Virus record (IMG/VR): IMGVR_UViG_3300005338_000001
Span: 14,527-78,526 of that record
Origin: a virus
DNA: 64,000 nucleotides
Direction: 5' to 3' (one strand)
How positions within the stretch are numbered: the first letter of the stretch is position 1; each line of letters starts with the position of its first letter. Shown piece after piece: positions 60,783 to 64,000 of this stretch. Position numbers and translations under genes: made by a program. Below the pieces are notes generated by a model. It was not told the DNA's origin and did no database searches. It worked only from the letters and a program-made list of their open reading frames with translations.

Positions 60783-61905
60783 AATTCTGATGTTCGACTG
60801 ATTCTGCTGGCAACGCGGGCGCGTAACCGTCTTCCACAACGGCACCAAGCGCCTCGACGGCGGGGGCGAATACGCAACCGGGGCAAATGTCCCGCGGAAT
60901 CACTTCGCGAATCGGCTTCTGTAGCAGATCGCCGATCTCGTCCCAATGGCACACGCGCCACGCACTTCCGAACTTATGTCCAGCAGTTCGGTGCAAGACT
61001 ACGCTATCACAATTATATATCCACCCATCTGCGTTTAGGCATGGACGAACATATACCTTATAGCAAGCCTTAGATGGTTGAAAAGGAGGTTTGTGTTGCG
61101 AGAAGCAGATCGCTCCGTTAATTCTATTCGCCATTTCGGTAAGCGTCCTGTGTCGCTCTGGAATCAGATCGGGTTGCAAGCAGTTGCTCAAAAGGCGGCA
61201 GTACGCCGGATTGTGCTTCTCGACGTATTGGCGGATCTGATCCTCGATCCACGGCAGCCGGTCCGCGGCCATCACCACCTTTCGGTTCTCCATTGGAGTG
61301 CGAATGTCTTCCGGAGTAGAAACCCATCCATGCTTGTGTGAAGGTTCCTCGTAGCTGTCGCTCAAAATCCAAGAGAATCCTAGACTCGTCTTTTCCGAAT
61401 CGAAGTCAGGCACGTAAACCTGCTGCTCCTTGTGGTTGTGATCCAGTCCAGCCATGCTGATCCGGCACCATGTGAGCTTGTCGAGGTTTTCAGGCGAAAG
61501 CGTTTTCCATGATACGCGCCCGTCCGGATATTGCTTCATCGGAAGCCCATTCGTAATCATCCCGATTTGGAGTCCCTGCGCGTGAGTGTAGGCGATCAGG
61601 TCGTTACAGTCCGCGCCAGTCTCCTTGCATTTCCACATCAGGACATTGCCGCCGCCACTGAACGTAATGCTCTTGAGCCCGAGTGGAACAAGCTGAGCGA
61701 GGAATCCCTTGATCACACTGAACGGAAGCGAATCACCCGCCCGTTCGCCGACGCTACAAAACGAACATTTTGCGGAACAGAGATCGGTTGGAGCGCACCA
61801 CGCGCTGATAGGATGGCCCTTTCCGTTTCTCAAATCCAGAAGCGCCTCTTGGTGGTGCCAGAGCTTCTCCCCCGTGCTCGTGAAGCTGTCCTTGAGTTCA
61901 GTCAT
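60775..61905 (-). CDS. Radical SAM enzyme with a SPASM/twitch-like C-terminus
   Basis: CSAKCSFC, ITFSGGG, GMITNG, CY...ADGWIYNC...CPGC. Confidence 0.9.
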   Translation of the reverse strand: MTELKDSFTSTGEKLWHHQEALLDLRNGKGHPISAWCAPTDLCSAKCSFCSVGERAGDSLPFSVIKGFLAQLVPLGLKSITFSGGGNVLMWKCKETGADCNDLIAYTHAQGLQIGMITNGLPMKQYPDGRVSWKTLSPENLDKLTWCRISMAGLDHNHKEQQVYVPDFDSEKTSLGFSWILSDSYEEPSHKHGWVSTPEDIRTPMENRKVVMAADRLPWIEDQIRQYVEKHNPAYCRLLSNCLQPDLIPERHRTLTEMANRINGAICFSQHKPPFQPSKACYKVYVRPCLNADGWIYNCDSVVLHRTAGHKFGSAWRVCHWDEIGDLLQKPIREVIPRDICPGCVFAPAVEALGAVVEDGYAPALPAESVEHQNFI

Positions 61906-62165
61906 AAATTGGAATCGTTCTTGTTTACGCTACCACGCCACCTCCAGCGCGTCACCGTTCGCGCTGCACGCGTAGCCGAGCTTCCTAAGTTGTTCGATCA
62001 CCTTCTCGGAAATGTCCAATTCAACGCCCGTGACAAGCCTGCTCTCGCCTCGCTCTGACTCGCCGTGAATGCTGCCCATGATGCTGCCAATTCTGGATTC
62101 AATCCTGAAGTTCCCAGCTTTCGCCCACGCGGTTCGTTTCTTGGCTTCTTCGGCGGTGATGTTGT

Positions 62166-63413
62166 TCATGTGTTGCGCGGTGTCAGGATGGTGTCGAAGA
62201 TGTGCCCCAGCAGGTTGGTGGAGATCGCGTAGGCGTCGGGGCGAATCCATTTATGCCACAGATCGTAGGCGTTCTGCGAAATCTTTTCAAAGACTTCCTG
62301 CTGAATGTTCCCCTCGGGCATGGAGAGGTCATCTCCAAACGTCACGTAATGCTCGCCCGGCTTCATCGCTGGAAAGTAATCCTGATCCGCAGCTCGCAGC
62401 GGCAGCAGGTTAATCGTCCCCACGCTCGCCGCCTCCCAGAACCTCTGCGCGGCGTAGATGCTGAACTCCCATTTGCAGTCCGCAAAGAAACAACACTCGC
62501 CAATGGAGGCACGATGCCGCTCCTCCGGCTCGGAGACAAAATTCATCGCCTGCTCCAAAATCCCCATGTCAATCGGCCCATGCCGTTTGGCGAACTGTTC
62601 TGCCAGCCAGTAAAAGGATCGCGGACATTTGTTGTTCCAAACGCCGGGACTCGACAGGTCCAATTCGTCGCCCCATCGGGCAATCGACGTACACTGATCG
62701 CCCGTGCCTTGGCCGACCGGGAAACGTCCGTGCCTTCGGAAGATGTCGCGGCACTCGTCGCAATAACGGAACTGCGGGTTCATCTCCTCCTTGAAATAGT
62801 CGCGCAGCAGAAAGCCGCTTGCCGAATCTGCGCACTTGTTTCGTAGTGCCATCAGGAACGTCACCACGCGCAGGAAATGCGCCCCTCCGCGGAACAGCAC
62901 GGTTGGCCGGCGCGCTCCGAATGTTTTTCGTTCTGGAATCATCACCCGGTTCCAAATGGGATAGGGGAGTGATTGGATCGCTCCACGCTCGCGCATGAAG
63001 TCGAACCGCTCCCATGCGTCGTCTGGAAGGTATTTGCGCCGCTCTGCGGTGATGTTGAATTCAGAATCAATGGCCGTCGCGTGGCTGAAATTTCGGTTCG
63101 GCACTCCCGACAGCATGAAGACCCGGTTGACCAGTAGCAGTTCCGGCGCGTATCGCAGCACTTCTGGCAGATAGGCTGAATCCACCGAAGCAAATCCGAA
63201 AATCTCGCAATCGTTCTCTTTGAAGTGCCGCACCTTTTCTGGCGTGAGATAGTCGGCATCGCAGATGACCGCGTTGCCCCTTGATGGCGTGAGTTCGCCG
63301 ATGCGCGAACAGGCAATGCCGTGTTCCTGCGCGTAGGCCAGCATTGGGGCGAAATACATGCGGGACAGGAAATCATGTCGGGCTGGCTCGGGGTCGTAGA
63401 ATTGCAGGCTCAT
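62166..63413 (-). CDS. GT-B-like glycosyltransferase (415 aa)
   Basis: VLFRGG; C-terminal RFWEAASVGTI...MKPGEHYV...KISQNAY. Confidence 0.65.
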   Translation of the reverse strand: MSLQFYDPEPARHDFLSRMYFAPMLAYAQEHGIACSRIGELTPSRGNAVICDADYLTPEKVRHFKENDCEIFGFASVDSAYLPEVLRYAPELLLVNRVFMLSGVPNRNFSHATAIDSEFNITAERRKYLPDDAWERFDFMRERGAIQSLPYPIWNRVMIPERKTFGARRPTVLFRGGAHFLRVVTFLMALRNKCADSASGFLLRDYFKEEMNPQFRYCDECRDIFRRHGRFPVGQGTGDQCTSIARWGDELDLSSPGVWNNKCPRSFYWLAEQFAKRHGPIDMGILEQAMNFVSEPEERHRASIGECCFFADCKWEFSIYAAQRFWEAASVGTINLLPLRAADQDYFPAMKPGEHYVTFGDDLSMPEGNIQQEVFEKISQNAYDLWHKWIRPDAYAISTNLLGHIFDTILTPRNT

Positions 63414-63943
63414 TTCACGGCCTCAAGATTGAGCGAGACAAGGACGGCTTCCGGATTGTCCTTTTGCATGTGTGGCAAGTAGGCTGAGGCGAAATCGTCG
63501 AACTGTGCGTGCTCCGTGGCGCGCCAGTCCCATCGGCTTATCTTGCAGAACCCAACACTGCGCAGCGCTTGGGTGAGTGTTCTTTCGTCGAAGGCGATGA
63601 AGTGGTTGTTCTTCGGATGATTCTGCCCGCCGTAGAGCAATCCAGTGATCTCGTTCAGATCCACAGTCTGACAATACCGTTGCACGCACGCCGCGAAGTC
63701 CGGCACGGCGATTCGCAGGATGCCTCCTTCCTTCAGGAGATCGCGCCAGTGCGTGAGTGTGGCGAGGATCATGTGCCGGTGCGCATGTTCAAGCACATGA
63801 CAAACATAGATCGTATCTACGCTTCCACGGTCGAACGGTAGTGCCGCCATGTCGGCGTAAACGTCGGCGCGCACCGAATTGAAGATGTCGATGTTGGTCC
63901 ATCCAGGAAGGTAGTTGCGACCGGCTCCGATGTGAAGTTTCAT
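63410..63943 (-). CDS. SAM-dependent methyltransferase (type 11-like)
   Basis: KLHIGAG, GWTNID, HVLEH, LKEGGILRIAVPD. Confidence 0.88.
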   Translation of the reverse strand: MKLHIGAGRNYLPGWTNIDIFNSVRADVYADMAALPFDRGSVDTIYVCHVLEHAHRHMILATLTHWRDLLKEGGILRIAVPDFAACVQRYCQTVDLNEITGLLYGGQNHPKNNHFIAFDERTLTQALRSVGFCKISRWDWRATEHAQFDDFASAYLPHMQKDNPEAVLVSLNLEAVK

Positions 63944-64000
63944 ACGATTTGCGCCAGCCCCAGTTCCTTCATTTTCAGCACCGCTCTGTCGCGGATCATC

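Larger units (their letters stand above)
1..64000. mobile_element. Tailed dsDNA phage/prophage genome segment (podovirus-like organisation)
   Basis: Contains major capsid, tail fibre, GH108 endolysin, replication initiator plus DnaC-like ATPase, RusA-like and HNH genes, and dense overlapping small ORFs. No host housekeeping genes seen. Confidence 0.93.

Noticed and set aside
59784-60848. 354-aa minus-strand ORF, and the many long plus-strand ORFs over 1-12 kb and 39-58 kb
   Set aside because: Antisense shadows of motif-bearing genes in GC-rich DNA.
1-64000. CRISPR array, diversity-generating retroelement or stop-codon recoding
   Set aside because: I saw no repeat-spacer periodicity and no reverse transcriptase. 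Genes are full length in the standard code.

Overview
The whole window reads as part of one GC-rich tailed dsDNA phage (or prophage) genome. It shows no host housekeeping genes, and no terminase, portal or integrase. The layout is podovirus-like. From left to right: (1) 1-11.9 kb, a minus-strand virion module with a >1176-aa ejection-type protein that runs off the window, a peptidoglycan-binding protein, an adaptor-like protein, a two-domain glycosyltransferase and a Gly-X-Y repeat protein; (2) an initiator-like tRNA(CAU) and an HNH gene with a long structured leader; (3) 14.8-20.8 kb, nested mobile elements: an IS1-family cargo transposon with perfect 19-bp IRs, a partial IS1595 carrying a PIN-type pair, and a truncated tnpB; (4) a plus-strand operon with a RusA-like gene, a DNA methyltransferase and a PAPS-reductase-like gene; (5) a ~1.1-kb non-coding repeat region and a divergent operator switch; (6) early, replication and recombination genes; (7) a lysis cassette that contains an atypical response-regulator receiver protein; (8) tail fibre, major capsid and a glycosyltransferase / radical SAM / methyltransferase cluster. 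The most striking item is a well-formed class I tRNA inside the IS1-like transposon. It has a serine anticodon (GCU) but no long variable arm, and it carries the full bacterial arginine identity set (A20, C35, U36, G73), so it is a candidate mobile Ser-to-Arg mistranslating tRNA. All protein calls come from reading motifs by eye; no database searches were run.
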